Positions 11,140 through 21,375 are shown, numbered from the stretch's first letter. The stretch: 64,000 nt of DNA from Bdellovibrionales bacterium (GCA_965218815.1 CBDCLX010000002.1:2457074-2521073), one strand, 5' to 3'. Made by a program: numbers and translations. The notes: a model not told the origin generated them from the letters alone.

Positions 11140-11814
11140 TTATATCTCTTTTAAAACAAGGTGAACCAGTTGTTCGGTTTTTTTGATCCCATTTTCCCTT
11201 AAAATTTTCTGTGCCAAAGGAATAATACGATTACTTTGAAAGCCGAGATTCTGGCAGGCAAGGACAGTGTCTTCAAGAAGATTGGGTGGAAGCTCCAGCT
11301 CACCCTCTGGTTTGTTTTCCGGTTTGTCTTCCCCTGATTTCCCCTTGTTGTCAGAAGCTGCCGGTTTGTCTGTATGGGTCATAATTTTCAGGGCTTTTAA
11401 AGGTTCCTCTGAATACATTTTCAGCTTTTTGATTTTCTGTTGCAAATCAAGAACAATCTGGGAAGCGGCCTTTGTGCCAACACCTGAAACCCGTGTCAAA
11501 ACTTTTTTCTGATCCAGCCCAATGGCAGAGATAGTTTCTTCGGTGGGTATTCCTGAGACCAGATTGAAAGCGGATTTGGGGCCCACTCCCTTGACTGTGG
11601 TCAGGAGTTCAAAGAGTTTTTTCCCCCTCAGACTTTTAAAACAGTAAAGATCTTCACTGTTTTCCCTTATAATGTGGGAAACATAAAGAGCAGTATCCCC
11701 TCCTTCAGAAAGTATGTGATAACAATAAGCCTGGTAACCCAACCCTGTATTTGTAAAGATAATAATCTCCTGTCCATCACTGAATAAAACTTTTCCAGAA
11801 AGAACTCCAATCAT
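11140..11814 (-). CDS. ruvA: Holliday junction branch migration complex subunit RuvA
   Basis: MIGVLSGKV... N-terminus and a helix-hairpin-helix region (VKGVGPKSA, VSGVGTKAA). A charged low-complexity linker precedes domain III. Directly upstream lies ruvC. Confidence 0.9.
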   Translation of the reverse strand: MIGVLSGKVLFSDGQEIIIFTNTGLGYQAYCYHILSEGGDTALYVSHIIRENSEDLYCFKSLRGKKLFELLTTVKGVGPKSAFNLVSGIPTEETISAIGLDQKKVLTRVSGVGTKAASQIVLDLQQKIKKLKMYSEEPLKALKIMTHTDKPAASDNKGKSGEDKPENKPEGELELPPNLLEDTVLACQNLGFQSNRIIPLAQKILRENGIKKTEQLVHLVLKEI

Positions 11815-12368
11815 GGGTTTTTTCCCTTAAAAACTGACTTCATCTGACCGGATGGGGATTTTCCAATCTCCCTGACTCTGTATCCCCCATGGAAATGATG
11901 ACAAAGGGCCACAGCCAGAGCATCACTTTCATCATGGGTTTTGAAGTCTTTTTTTATATCTGAAAAGCCCAGAGATTTTTTTATGTTTTGTTTTGTGGAA
12001 TGACCGTAACCGGAGACTGTGGATTTTACCAGGTTGGGGGGGTATTCATGAATTTTTACAGCCTTGGGCTGAAGCACGGTGATAATGACCCCACGGGCCT
12101 GGGCCAGTTTTCCAAAGGAATTGGCATTTTTAACGTAAACCAGAGACTCGATGGCAAGCTCAAAGGGAGGAAGATTTTTCAGGAGTTTTGAAAAAAAATC
12201 TGATAAAAGAGAAAGCCTGTCAAAGAAATCAGTTTTGGAATCCAACTCACAAACTCCTGAGTCAAGCAGATGAAAACCTCTCCCCCGGCCTCTGATAAAA
12301 GCATAACCTGAATTTATGGAACCGGGGTCAATACCCAGAATAAACCTGCTGAAATCAGTCTGTCTCAT
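11811..12368 (-). CDS. ruvC: crossover junction endodeoxyribonuclease RuvC
   Basis: ILGIDPGSINSGYA motif, and DESDALAVALCH near the C-terminus. I prefer the start at M23 (12368) because it removes the 80-nt overlap with the upstream GT2 gene. Confidence 0.85.
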   Translation of the reverse strand: MRQTDFSRFILGIDPGSINSGYAFIRGRGRGFHLLDSGVCELDSKTDFFDRLSLLSDFFSKLLKNLPPFELAIESLVYVKNANSFGKLAQARGVIITVLQPKAVKIHEYPPNLVKSTVSGYGHSTKQNIKKSLGFSDIKKDFKTHDESDALAVALCHHFHGGYRVREIGKSPSGQMKSVFKGKNP

Positions 12369-13209
12369 TGATACTATCATTGCTGTAAACATTGAGAATG
12401 GCAAAGATCTTATCAAAATTTTTAAGATTTCCATGATTTCTACAGCCTTTCAGAAAAATATTTCCTTTCTGATGGAGTTCGGCTTTGGCCTGCCTTTGTT
12501 TTTCCCGACTCAGCCCCATGGACGAGAGACAGTGAGACAGGGCTAACACTCTCCAATAATCCATGGCTTTGTATTGTCCGGACAACTGGTCCTGGTGACC
12601 TCCATATTTTTTTATAAGAAAATCATCAATATAACCCACTGAATAACGACTGGTGACCCGTAACCAGAGATCATAATCCTCACAAACAGGAAAATCCTCC
12701 CTGAACCCGCCCAGTTCATCAAAAAGATCTTTTTTTATAAGGACTGTAGAAGGGCTGATACAACAAAGTTTAAGGGCCTGGTGAAAAATATCCCCTCCTT
12801 TTTTCTGATGCTTTTTCATGGAATTGACCCGAACTCCCCGACGAATCCATATTTCATCACCGTGGATGATGAAAATTTTTGGATGTTTTCGGGATTCCTC
12901 CATCTGTTTTTCAAGCTTTGTGGGAAGCCACTGATCATCAGAATCCAGGAAAGCCATCCAGTTCCCAGAGGCCTGCCTGATTCCCAGATTTCTGGCGGCA
13001 CTGACCCCCCTGTTTGCTGTTTTAAAAAGCCTGATTTTGGAGCAATTTGCGTAGGCTGCCAGAAGTTCCCGGGTGTTGTCTGTTGAACCGTCATCCACAA
13101 TAACCAGTTCCCAGTCACCAAAGTTTTGATTGAAAACCGAGTGAATGGCTCTTTGGATAACAGAGGCCCGGTTGTATGTGGGTATAATGACTGACACCTG
13201 TGGGGGCAT
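12355..13209 (-). CDS. family 2 glycosyltransferase
   Basis: VSVIIPTYNRASVIQRAIHSVFNQ...LVIVDDGSTDNT and FLDSDD motifs, typical of GT-A/GT2 enzymes. Confidence 0.85.
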   Translation of the reverse strand: MPPQVSVIIPTYNRASVIQRAIHSVFNQNFGDWELVIVDDGSTDNTRELLAAYANCSKIRLFKTANRGVSAARNLGIRQASGNWMAFLDSDDQWLPTKLEKQMEESRKHPKIFIIHGDEIWIRRGVRVNSMKKHQKKGGDIFHQALKLCCISPSTVLIKKDLFDELGGFREDFPVCEDYDLWLRVTSRYSVGYIDDFLIKKYGGHQDQLSGQYKAMDYWRVLALSHCLSSMGLSREKQRQAKAELHQKGNIFLKGCRNHGNLKNFDKIFAILNVYSNDSINETD

Positions 13210-13267
13210 TGTTGTTCCCTCTTAACCTGTATTTCTCATGAAGTTTTCCATTGTGGTCCCTCATGAC

Positions 13268-13846
13268 TCACTGGTCAAGAATGCTTTTGAGTTGATGGGA
13301 AATCCACTGATTCAGGGAGATAAACTCACCCCCTGTCAATTTGATCTGATGGTATTGGTTTACAGGGAGACTGAGAAACTCTCTGGTGTGTGAGTCCGGA
13401 GACAGGAAACCAAGGCAGTACAGATATTTGATTTCAAAATGCAGTTTAAGCCGTTCCGGGCTTTCAGCTTTTTCCAGGGTTTTCAGACCATTGCCAAGAA
13501 GATTAAAGAGAGCTTTGTTATCAGAAAGCCCCTCACGGCTTCCACCGGCAACCAGTTTTAAAAAATGAAACCCGACTTCAAGTTTTCCATAATTCTGACG
13601 AAGGCCATAAAAGCCGTCAATCAGTCTGGCCTCTCTCAGATACAGATAGCCTGATCGGGTTTGGGAATAAGACAATTCCACAAAGTTGAGGGGTTCCAGA
13701 ACCCCACCAGAAAAACGACGCTGACTTTTTAAGGCATGACCTGCTGTGAAACTGAATTTTTCACCCTTCCTGTCCAGGGAATCAATAATGATATCCGCTT
13801 CCTTAAAAACTTTCCTGCGAAGATTGATAAACTTACCAGATGGCAT
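13268..13846 (-). CDS. recO: DNA repair protein RecO
   Basis: OB-fold N-terminus pattern (LRRKVFKEADIIIDSL...ALKSQRRFSGGVLEPLNFVEL) and RecO-like length and order. Confidence 0.7.
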   Translation of the reverse strand: MPSGKFINLRRKVFKEADIIIDSLDRKGEKFSFTAGHALKSQRRFSGGVLEPLNFVELSYSQTRSGYLYLREARLIDGFYGLRQNYGKLEVGFHFLKLVAGGSREGLSDNKALFNLLGNGLKTLEKAESPERLKLHFEIKYLYCLGFLSPDSHTREFLSLPVNQYHQIKLTGGEFISLNQWISHQLKSILDQ

Positions 13847-15173
13847 AATAGAAAATCAGGATGGTCACTGAAAAAATATTGGACAAAATGGTGCTCAGTG
13901 AAGGGGCTGACACAATGGGATTGAAATTGAGTCGATGAATAAAAAGAGGTAAGGCAATGGCAAGCAACAGGGCTATCAGCATCTGAAACCCCAGAACAAT
14001 GGATAGAGTCAAAGGGACGGGGATAAAGTTCCTGATAGCATAACTGAAACCCACAAACAAAAGACTTGACAGGATCATGAGACTGAAACCCACAGTGATT
14101 TCCTTTTTAAGATCCAACCAGGACTTTTGGGTACTGGTGACATGGGTTCTCAAAAAGCCCACCAACATGGTCACTGTCTGGCTGCTAAGAGTGGAGACCA
14201 GAAAAAAACTCAATGGAAGAAGACAGAGGGCATTTTGCAATCCATGATCCAGTTTAAATGGTTTTAAAGTGGTCCACATCAAAAAGTAACAAAAGGCACC
14301 ACCGGCAAAGGCAATCAGCAACCAGGGAATCCGGGCCTTCATATGAGTCCAGTAGGATTCATCCAGATCAGCTCCCCCCATACCCATGGCCTGAATGTCT
14401 TCCGCCGCTTCCTCCCGAATCACGTCAATCACGTCATCCACGGTGATGACACCCACCAGTTCACGTTTTTTATTGATAACAGGCAAGGAGAGAAAATCAT
14501 ACTTTTCCACAATCCTTGCCACTTCATTCTGATCTGTGGCAATGTCAGCAGCAATCACATCCGTGGACATAATCTCCCTTAGGGTGTCCTGCGGACGGGA
14601 CAACAAAAGTTGTTTAAGGCTCAATACACCCATCAATTGGGAGTCATCATTAACCACATAAATGTAAAAGGAAATAAGGTCTTCATCAATGGCCTGAATC
14701 TTTTTTATGGACTCCTGTACACTCAAAGTTTCGTGGATGGTTAAAAACTCTGAACTCATCAAACCACCTGCTGAATCTTCAGGGTAGCTCATCAGTTCCT
14801 CCACTTCCTGTAATTCATCCTTATGGAGGCCACTGAGAACCCTCTGGGACAATTCATCGGGAAGATGACCAAGCAGATCCGCAGCATCATCGCTGTCCAT
14901 ATTGCCAATGAGTTGCTGCAAATCGGAAATCTCAAAAATATGGGCTATTTCCAACTGAAAGCTCTTACTCATATGACTCAGTATGCTTGATTGTCTTTGC
15001 TTGTCTTGAATCAACTGAAAAATTGAAATTCGGGCTTCTGTATCCAGAGCTTCAAGCACGGAAGCCACATCGGCATCATGGGTTTTCTCCAAAATACGGC
15101 AAATGTTTCTCTCAGCCCCACGATTCAGAAGTTTACCCATGGTGGTGGCAAGCATCTTGGTGCGTTGATCCAT
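13833..15173 (-). CDS. mgtE: magnesium transporter MgtE
   Basis: 446 aa. N-terminal MgtE domain, tandem CBS region (LPVINKKRELVGVITVDDVIDVI) and five C-terminal TM helices. Confidence 0.9.
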   Translation of the reverse strand: MDQRTKMLATTMGKLLNRGAERNICRILEKTHDADVASVLEALDTEARISIFQLIQDKQRQSSILSHMSKSFQLEIAHIFEISDLQQLIGNMDSDDAADLLGHLPDELSQRVLSGLHKDELQEVEELMSYPEDSAGGLMSSEFLTIHETLSVQESIKKIQAIDEDLISFYIYVVNDDSQLMGVLSLKQLLLSRPQDTLREIMSTDVIAADIATDQNEVARIVEKYDFLSLPVINKKRELVGVITVDDVIDVIREEAAEDIQAMGMGGADLDESYWTHMKARIPWLLIAFAGGAFCYFLMWTTLKPFKLDHGLQNALCLLPLSFFLVSTLSSQTVTMLVGFLRTHVTSTQKSWLDLKKEITVGFSLMILSSLLFVGFSYAIRNFIPVPLTLSIVLGFQMLIALLLAIALPLFIHRLNFNPIVSAPSLSTILSNIFSVTILIFYYAIW

Positions 15174-15324
15174 TTTTATCCTCCTTTCTCCATGTTGATC
15201 CTGTTTGGACTTTCAGGCAAGCTTCTCTTTCCATATTAACCCTTTTCTGAGAGGGAAAGGCGGGTTATACTGGTCCTGTTTGTTTTTTTCAGGTGTTTTT
15301 CAGGAATATTGACGGATCCGTTTC

Positions 15325-15828
15325 ATGAATGGCGATTTAAAGAAAACTGTTTTCAAGGTGGCCTATCTCACAGGTGAATTTTTATTGAGATCGGGCAATA
15401 TCTCTACCAGGTATTTTGACAAATACCAATTTGAAGCCCGACCTGAGATTCTGGGTCCTGTGGCAGAGGCCTTGATCCCCCTTCTTCCCAGAGAATATCA
15501 TCTTCTGGGAGCTATGGAAATGGGAGGCATACCCCTGGCCACAGCCCTTTCCTTAAAAACCGGAAGTCCCATGGTTTTCATCAGAAAAGAGGCAAAAAAA
15601 TATGGCACCTGTCGATTTGCCGAAGGCCCTGATATTCAGGATAAAAAAATCTGTCTCATTGAGGATGTGATAACCACAGGGGGTCAGGTGGTCCTTAGCA
15701 CACAGATGTTAAGGGAGGCAGGTGCCAAAGTCAGTGACGTGCTGGCCGTGATTGACAGAAGTGGAGGCAATCACTCAAAACTCATGGCTGCAAATCTTAA
15801 ACTCTCAACCCTGTTCACCATGGAATAA
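15325..15828 (+). CDS. pyrE: orotate phosphoribosyltransferase (short type)
   Basis: PRPP-binding motif ICLIEDVITTGGQV. 167 aa. Confidence 0.8.
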   Translation: MNGDLKKTVFKVAYLTGEFLLRSGNISTRYFDKYQFEARPEILGPVAEALIPLLPREYHLLGAMEMGGIPLATALSLKTGSPMVFIRKEAKKYGTCRFAEGPDIQDKKICLIEDVITTGGQVVLSTQMLREAGAKVSDVLAVIDRSGGNHSKLMAANLKLSTLFTME

Positions 15829-15849
15829 AAACAGGTTCATCTGAAACAG

Positions 15850-16101
15850 TTACACAGAGAGAAGCTTTTTGTGAATCAACATGGATATTATTTCTTCATG
15901 GAAATGTTCCCCAATAGCAGTCGGGAGATACTTTCTTAAACCACAGACAGAAAGGAATCCACGAGAGCATAAATCATTGATGACATTTTGAAACACATCA
16001 ATTTCAAAGACATCTTCCCCAAACTCTTTGGAAAAAACATCAAGATCTATAACCTGGTTTGCCTTGTAAGCAAGGCCCAATCTTGTGGCAAGATAAGGCA
16101 A
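15850..16101 (-). CDS. hypothetical small protein, possibly a gene fragment
   Basis: 83-aa ORF with no recognisable catalytic motif. It faintly resembles the C-terminal helical domains of HemN/HemW-type proteins. Confidence 0.3.
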   Translation of the reverse strand: MPYLATRLGLAYKANQVIDLDVFSKEFGEDVFEIDVFQNVINDLCSRGFLSVCGLRKYLPTAIGEHFHEEIISMLIHKKLLSV

Positions 16102-16115
16102 ACCACTTATTATTT

Positions 16116-18110
16116 TTATGTATCTTCAGCCTTTCTGTCATCGATGTGTTTTTTCATTTCTTTGTTTAAAAAAGGAAGCATCAAATAAGGTTGCGGTATG
16201 GTATCGGAGCGTTTCCCAGAACACATTAAAACGTCTTTTGCCAACTCAAGATAATAATCACCGGCAAAAGTTCTTGCATATCTTTTATCCCTTTGCATTT
16301 TCTCTTTAAGAATTTGCCCCATCCGATCGGCTTTATGAACACATTCACTGACTTTGGCCAACTCATTAGGACGATTTTGTTCCCACGGGGGATTTTCAAA
16401 TTCGATATCATTTAAAAACGTCTGACTCAGAATGGAAACATAATTCCCCTTATTTTCAATGGGTTCACCGGTGGGGGAAAAATGAAAATCAGGAATGATC
16501 CCATAACCCTGGGGTGAGCGTCCACTGTTTAAAGTAAAAATTCCTGTGGTCATAATAAAATGAATGTATTCAAAGGTTTTTCCAGTATTAGGATTTTCCA
16601 TTTGAAAATTGAAAAAATCCTGCATACTGCCTTTGCCTACAGTGCGACTTCCAATAACCCAACCACGCCTCATATCCTGTATAGTGCCTGCAAAAAGTTC
16701 AGAACCACTGGCAGACATCTCGTCCACAAGAACAACAATACTCCTGTTATAAATCACCGGGGAGGAAAACAGAGGAAACATGGGAACTCCCCCTTTGGTG
16801 AAATAATAGGCTATTGTTTCATTTTCAGAAACTGTTTCGCTTATAATTTCACCTTCAACGACAGGCAACTGGTCCATTATAATACCATTACTTTCGATAA
16901 TGGTATTGAGCATACAGGATACCTCATGGAGATATCCCCCATGATTACCCCGAAGATCAAGAATCATCCCCCGACTGTAAGGGTTGGTGAGATCCCTTAA
17001 CTGTAAATGAATAAATTCGGCACACAGGGGAAATTCCCCGATATTTTGGATAAACGGGCGAAGAGAGGCAATCATTTTATCGGTCTCTGGATTTTTCTCA
17101 GTCTCAAATTGCCTCAGATGAACATAAAGAGCAGCGGGTTCAACAGAACTTCCAGGTTGTGCTTCAAGACTCTCAATCCGAGTTTGCATCTGAATTTCTG
17201 TTTCACAACCCAGAGGCTCTTCAGGGCGAATGAGGCTCATAAAACGTCTGTTGAATATCCAATGAGTAGGGTAAAGGATTCGATCACGGGTTACTGTCAC
17301 GCCTTTTTCCTCATTATCACAAAGACTTAAAATTTTCAGCTCCACATGGGATCCCTGCGGCCCCTCTATTCTACTGAAAAGATCCTTGAAAGTTTTCAAA
17401 CTAAGAGGCAATTCCCTGATGTCAAAACCGTCAATGCTCAAAATAAGATCCCCTTTCCTCAATCCCGCCTGTTCAGCCGGAGAACCTATGACAGGCCTAA
17501 CAGCCAGACTGGTTTTTCCATCCTCCATTCTATAAAGTTGATAATCAGCCCCTATCCCAATGGAGTTTTCATTGAACTTCGGTTTCGCCAGAACCAGTGG
17601 AATCATGCTACTATGGGGATCAAAACTTTCTTTCAAGAAAAAATTATTGATCTCTCCAATCAGTCTCCCCTGATCCTCCAGGGGAACTTTTTTGGTTAAC
17701 TCCTGAATTTTCTCAATAGTGTCATTAAAATGCCCAGTGGACGGAAGTTGGGTTCTAAAAAGCAAACGAAAGGATTCCCTGCGTTCAGCCTTTAATTCCA
17801 TGGAGTTCTCAAACTCCAATCGGTCTGATTTTGAAAGGGGAGTGATTTGCAAACTGTTGGAATCAGAAACCGCTAATTGGTAAGGTTCATCCTCCATGGC
17901 CGTCAAAAGCAATTGATTAAAACTCATCAGACAACCAGTGAACCTTCTCTCTGACTCATAACAATAATTCGCATTCACGGCCAAAAACCACACTTCAATG
18001 TTGTAACCCACATCCTTCCAGGCTCTTTTAATCTCATCCTGTGTAAAACCTCCCCATGAGGGGTTTGGAAAAGAAAGTAAAAAAACAATAAAAAACATAA
18101 ATGGATTCAT
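16116..18110 (-). CDS. secreted S41-family (C-terminal processing/Tsp-like) serine peptidase with a PDZ domain
   Basis: Signal peptide. PDZ-like GSPAEQAGLRKGDLILSIDG. S41 motifs DLRGNHGGYL and VLVDEMSASGSELFAG. Confidence 0.8.
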   Translation of the reverse strand: MNPFMFFIVFLLSFPNPSWGGFTQDEIKRAWKDVGYNIEVWFLAVNANYCYESERRFTGCLMSFNQLLLTAMEDEPYQLAVSDSNSLQITPLSKSDRLEFENSMELKAERRESFRLLFRTQLPSTGHFNDTIEKIQELTKKVPLEDQGRLIGEINNFFLKESFDPHSSMIPLVLAKPKFNENSIGIGADYQLYRMEDGKTSLAVRPVIGSPAEQAGLRKGDLILSIDGFDIRELPLSLKTFKDLFSRIEGPQGSHVELKILSLCDNEEKGVTVTRDRILYPTHWIFNRRFMSLIRPEEPLGCETEIQMQTRIESLEAQPGSSVEPAALYVHLRQFETEKNPETDKMIASLRPFIQNIGEFPLCAEFIHLQLRDLTNPYSRGMILDLRGNHGGYLHEVSCMLNTIIESNGIIMDQLPVVEGEIISETVSENETIAYYFTKGGVPMFPLFSSPVIYNRSIVVLVDEMSASGSELFAGTIQDMRRGWVIGSRTVGKGSMQDFFNFQMENPNTGKTFEYIHFIMTTGIFTLNSGRSPQGYGIIPDFHFSPTGEPIENKGNYVSILSQTFLNDIEFENPPWEQNRPNELAKVSECVHKADRMGQILKEKMQRDKRYARTFAGDYYLELAKDVLMCSGKRSDTIPQPYLMLPFLNKEMKKHIDDRKAEDT

Positions 18111-18209
18111 TCTTTTTCTCCATATTTTAAAAACAAAAGATCATTACTTTTACTCCAAATGCCTTATTTAACAAAATCTGCTTGGACACTGAGGCACCTT
18201 GGGATTTGC

Positions 18210-19292
18210 TTATTTGGCTTTCAGCGAAACAATCCTGCCTCGAAATTCCTGTTCACGGTCAAATCCAAGCATATATTTGCTGACAAGGTACCAAGGATCC
18301 TCGCCACTTTTACCGCAGAATGGAGGCAAATACCACATATCAAAGCTCCCTATTCCATAGTCATTTGCACCACCTGACATTTCCTCCCATTCAATATCAT
18401 CATCATTCCACAGGCTGGTGACTGAGCGGTTCCTGTCCTGGTGTCTCTGCGATTTGTTGTTGTAGGTAATCAGGAAATGACCGCCGATCTGCCCCGGATC
18501 GTTTGGCGTAAATTGCCATATTTCTTCCATGTCCCTGGACAAACTGTCGATCATATCATTTATGCTTCTTACTGAATAGGAACCCTTGCTCCAGATCAGC
18601 TTCACAGGCGAATGCTCTGCATTCCCGACCCGACCTGTCCACTGAAGACCCTCTGATGGAATGGCGAACATTGAACCTGTTTTTACCGACACCCGCTCCC
18701 CTGATGGGTCTTCCATCGGTTCTTGATCCCGGGTCAGGATTCCTGATTTAAGATGTCTTATGCACGCGAAGTTTCCGGTGCTTGCAACATCCTGCAATTT
18801 CGCTGACAGATGAATTTTTTCGAGTCGCCCACTGTGTAGATATTCGTGGGAATCCTCGATATTACCTATATAGTCGTCTAACCTCCGCATAAAATTAAAA
18901 CTGTCCTGTGGCTCTATCAATTTTTTGCAGGTATCAAGAGTCCAGGAAATGTCTGTGGCCTGTATACCCAGATACCGTGGTGATTTGCCGATCAGATCAC
19001 CCGATACACGACCGACAAAGGCAACACCACTATCCGAAAGTTTCTGACCATGTTGTTCACAGAAATTCAATCCCAGAGACCTTACATCGTATGCGTAAAG
19101 AGGCCAGTTTACATTGTCCTGCCAGGGATTGAACGCTTTTGAGAATCCTTCCAGTACAGACGACATGATACCGGCATTAACATCCGTAACATTGACGACA
19201 ATTGCAGGCACGGAATGATCGTTTGTCTGCTGTTGGGCAAGACAAAGACCTGGTGCAATGAAAAGAATCCATATTGACAGTAGTGTTTTCAT
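18210..19292 (-). CDS. secreted hypothetical protein
   Basis: 360 aa. Signal peptide MKTLLSIWILFIAPGLCLAQQ. No recognised motif. Visibly richer in CG dinucleotides than neighbouring genes. Confidence 0.6.
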   Translation of the reverse strand: MKTLLSIWILFIAPGLCLAQQQTNDHSVPAIVVNVTDVNAGIMSSVLEGFSKAFNPWQDNVNWPLYAYDVRSLGLNFCEQHGQKLSDSGVAFVGRVSGDLIGKSPRYLGIQATDISWTLDTCKKLIEPQDSFNFMRRLDDYIGNIEDSHEYLHSGRLEKIHLSAKLQDVASTGNFACIRHLKSGILTRDQEPMEDPSGERVSVKTGSMFAIPSEGLQWTGRVGNAEHSPVKLIWSKGSYSVRSINDMIDSLSRDMEEIWQFTPNDPGQIGGHFLITYNNKSQRHQDRNRSVTSLWNDDDIEWEEMSGGANDYGIGSFDMWYLPPFCGKSGEDPWYLVSKYMLGFDREQEFRGRIVSLKAK

Positions 19293-19498
19293 GATTGGCT
19301 TAAACTCGTTTATACTTACACTGGTCGTATGTAAGTCGTCTACCCATTATTGTTATCTCAGGGAAGAGATTATGCAGGAACTCCTCATTGCTTTTGCCTC
19401 TGAAAACAAAAAATCAGGCGATTTTAATGACTTGTTCACAGTAACGCTTTAAATGCCTGTATTTTATTTAACTGGTCATAGGATAGTCATTTAATTCT

Positions 19499-19540
19499 GT
19501 TTAAATACATATTTTTAATTAAAAAACTATGTATTTAAAC
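19499..19540. repeat. near-perfect AT-rich 42-bp palindrome
   Basis: GTTTAAATACATA - TTTTTAATTAAAAAAC - TATGTATTTAAAC. It has 13-nt perfect arms and a nearly palindromic spacer. It lies upstream of the 18210..19292 gene. Confidence 0.8.
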
Positions 19541-19551
19541 ATTTGACTTTT

Positions 19552-19916
19552 TTATAAAATATGTTTTAATAAATATATATGAAGAAACTGATTCAAAGAC
19601 AAGTCCAAAAGAAAATAGAATCCCTCAAAGTTTTTAGGGAAAAAGTCTCCGGCACTCATTCGGGGAAAGAGTCCCAGGTCCTGGAAGACCACCCCCAACC
19701 CACGCTCTGAGGGGGGCTTTTGGCTAATCTCCCGGTTTTTGGAAAACCATTTCACTCTGGCCTCCTGATCCAATCCCAAAAGACCTTTGATGATTGTGGA
19801 CTTGCCGGAACCGGAGGGACCCCATAAAAGGTGAATCCTTTATCCGGTATTTCCCAGTGGTCTATGGACACTGAAAAATCATTGAGCTGACGATAAAAAC
19901 TTTCGATTACTGACAT
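19552..19916 (-). pseudogene. ABC transporter ATP-binding protein remnant, frameshifted and 3'-truncated
   Basis: N-terminus MSVIESFYRQLNDFSVSIDHWEIPDKG is in one frame. Walker A and what follows (LLWGPSGSGKSTIIKGLLGLDQEARV...GVVFQDLGLFPRMSA) are in another. The ORF then ends in AT-rich sequence with no Q-loop, LSGGQ or Walker B. Confidence 0.8.
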
Positions 19917-21375
19917 AAAAAAGCCCCTGAAATACAAAAAATACAAAAAAGGAAACAATCATCAGAGGAAGCAGTAAGACCAAAGCCTGCTCCAGACGAT
20001 AGTTATTGACCAAAGCCTGAATATCCAAGGCCAGGGTGGACACAGAATCACTGTTCATAACCAAACCTGTGAGGGCAAAATCACCACAGGCCCAAAGAGC
20101 GGCCAACCCACTTAAAAAACAAACAAGGGAGAGAATTTGGGGAAAAATCACTTCCTTGTGTATCTTACACCAACTCACCGGAAAAAGACCTGAAATGTTC
20201 ACCTGGTCTCCCAGGTCCTGCAGTGTTTGTTGAAAAGACAATCGAAATAAAAAAGGAAGATAAAGAACACTGAGGGCCATGGAGGATTTTATAAACTTTG
20301 CGGCCACTCCCTCTCCCCCCATAAGCAAAAAAGAAAAACCCACAACCACCCAACCTGGATTAATAAAGGTTAAAAACAGTTTTGAAAATTTTTTGTTCAG
20401 AAAGGAAAAACCCACCATGGAGAGAAGAACAAAAATAAAAATCCCCGTTGTAAAACCCATAATCAAAGTGCCCCGGATGGATTCCGGCCACAGAGAGAGG
20501 GTCGTCCTCCAGCCCCCTCCCAGAAGGATACGTCCAAAACCCAGAAAAACAAGCCAGGTCGGTAAAAGGCCGATGTGTAAGAGCAGGGGATGACCCAGGC
20601 GGGACAGGAGTTTTCTGTTTCCATGGGTTTTTGAAATCTCTGAAGGATGAAAGTCCGGGATAAAAAAGGACAGAATATGGAGAAACAGAAAAAGAAGGAG
20701 AGAATATTGCAGGGCCTGATTCCACTGTCCCAGTAAAATAATCTTTTCGTAAATAAAAACCTCCACGCCTCCAAAACGGGACCCTCCAACCAGAAGGGGA
20801 ACGGAAAAACTGAAAAAATAGAGAAGCATAAAATAAAAGCCAAGGGTCAGGAAGTCAGACCGCAACTCTGGCAAAAGTCCCCTGATGATGAATTTCAAAG
20901 AGGACACTCCATTGACAAGACTCAATGGATAAAACCGGAGAATTTTAGTTTCCATAATTTTAAATAACAAAAGGGAGGATAGCCCCACATTCATCAGACA
21001 GTGAAAGAAAACCACGCCTCCAAGCCCTGTGGGGAAAAAACCAACAGCCTTGGAGGAGAGCAGAACCACAAACAAAGGGGGAAGCAGGCAGGGGATAAGA
21101 GCAAGAAAAATCACAAACCGAAAAGAACCTGAGAACTTTCTGGCAGGCTCACAGGCCAATAGACCAAAAGCCCCCAGCGTCCCGAAAAACAAAGTCAGAA
21201 AGGTGCTTAAAACAGCCTGAATAAAGGCTCCTGTCAAAACCCTGTGGAGCAGAGGGTCCCAGTCCCAGCCCGTCCAGGAGTAATGACTGAATATGTAAAT
21301 CAGAGGAAACAGGATATAGATCAACACAAGCCAAAAAACAAATTTCCTTAATAAAAAGCTTTTCGGATGAATCAC
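19879..21375 (-). CDS. ABC transporter permease, two-domain 12-TM type (thiamine/Fe3+ ThiP/FbpB-like)
   Basis: 498-aa polytopic ORF with a GTG start. Directly upstream of the decayed ATPase gene. Confidence 0.65.
   Translation of the reverse strand: MIHPKSFLLRKFVFWLVLIYILFPLIYIFSHYSWTGWDWDPLLHRVLTGAFIQAVLSTFLTLFFGTLGAFGLLACEPARKFSGSFRFVIFLALIPCLLPPLFVVLLSSKAVGFFPTGLGGVVFFHCLMNVGLSSLLLFKIMETKILRFYPLSLVNGVSSLKFIIRGLLPELRSDFLTLGFYFMLLYFFSFSVPLLVGGSRFGGVEVFIYEKIILLGQWNQALQYSLLLFLFLHILSFFIPDFHPSEISKTHGNRKLLSRLGHPLLLHIGLLPTWLVFLGFGRILLGGGWRTTLSLWPESIRGTLIMGFTTGIFIFVLLSMVGFSFLNKKFSKLFLTFINPGWVVVGFSFLLMGGEGVAAKFIKSSMALSVLYLPFLFRLSFQQTLQDLGDQVNISGLFPVSWCKIHKEVIFPQILSLVCFLSGLAALWACGDFALTGLVMNSDSVSTLALDIQALVNNYRLEQALVLLLPLMIVSFFVFFVFQGLFYVSNRKFLSSAQ

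Noticed and set aside
12355-12434. An apparent 80-nt overlap between ruvC and the GT2 gene.
   Set aside because: The conserved RuvC N-terminus (ILGIDPGS) begins just after M23. Starting at 12368 removes the overlap.
15174-15324. A possible Mg2+ riboswitch or leader upstream of mgtE. I also looked for a TPP riboswitch upstream of the ThiP-like permease (21376-21625).
   Set aside because: No M-box or TPP consensus elements are recognisable. The second region is fully explained by the MITE-like element.
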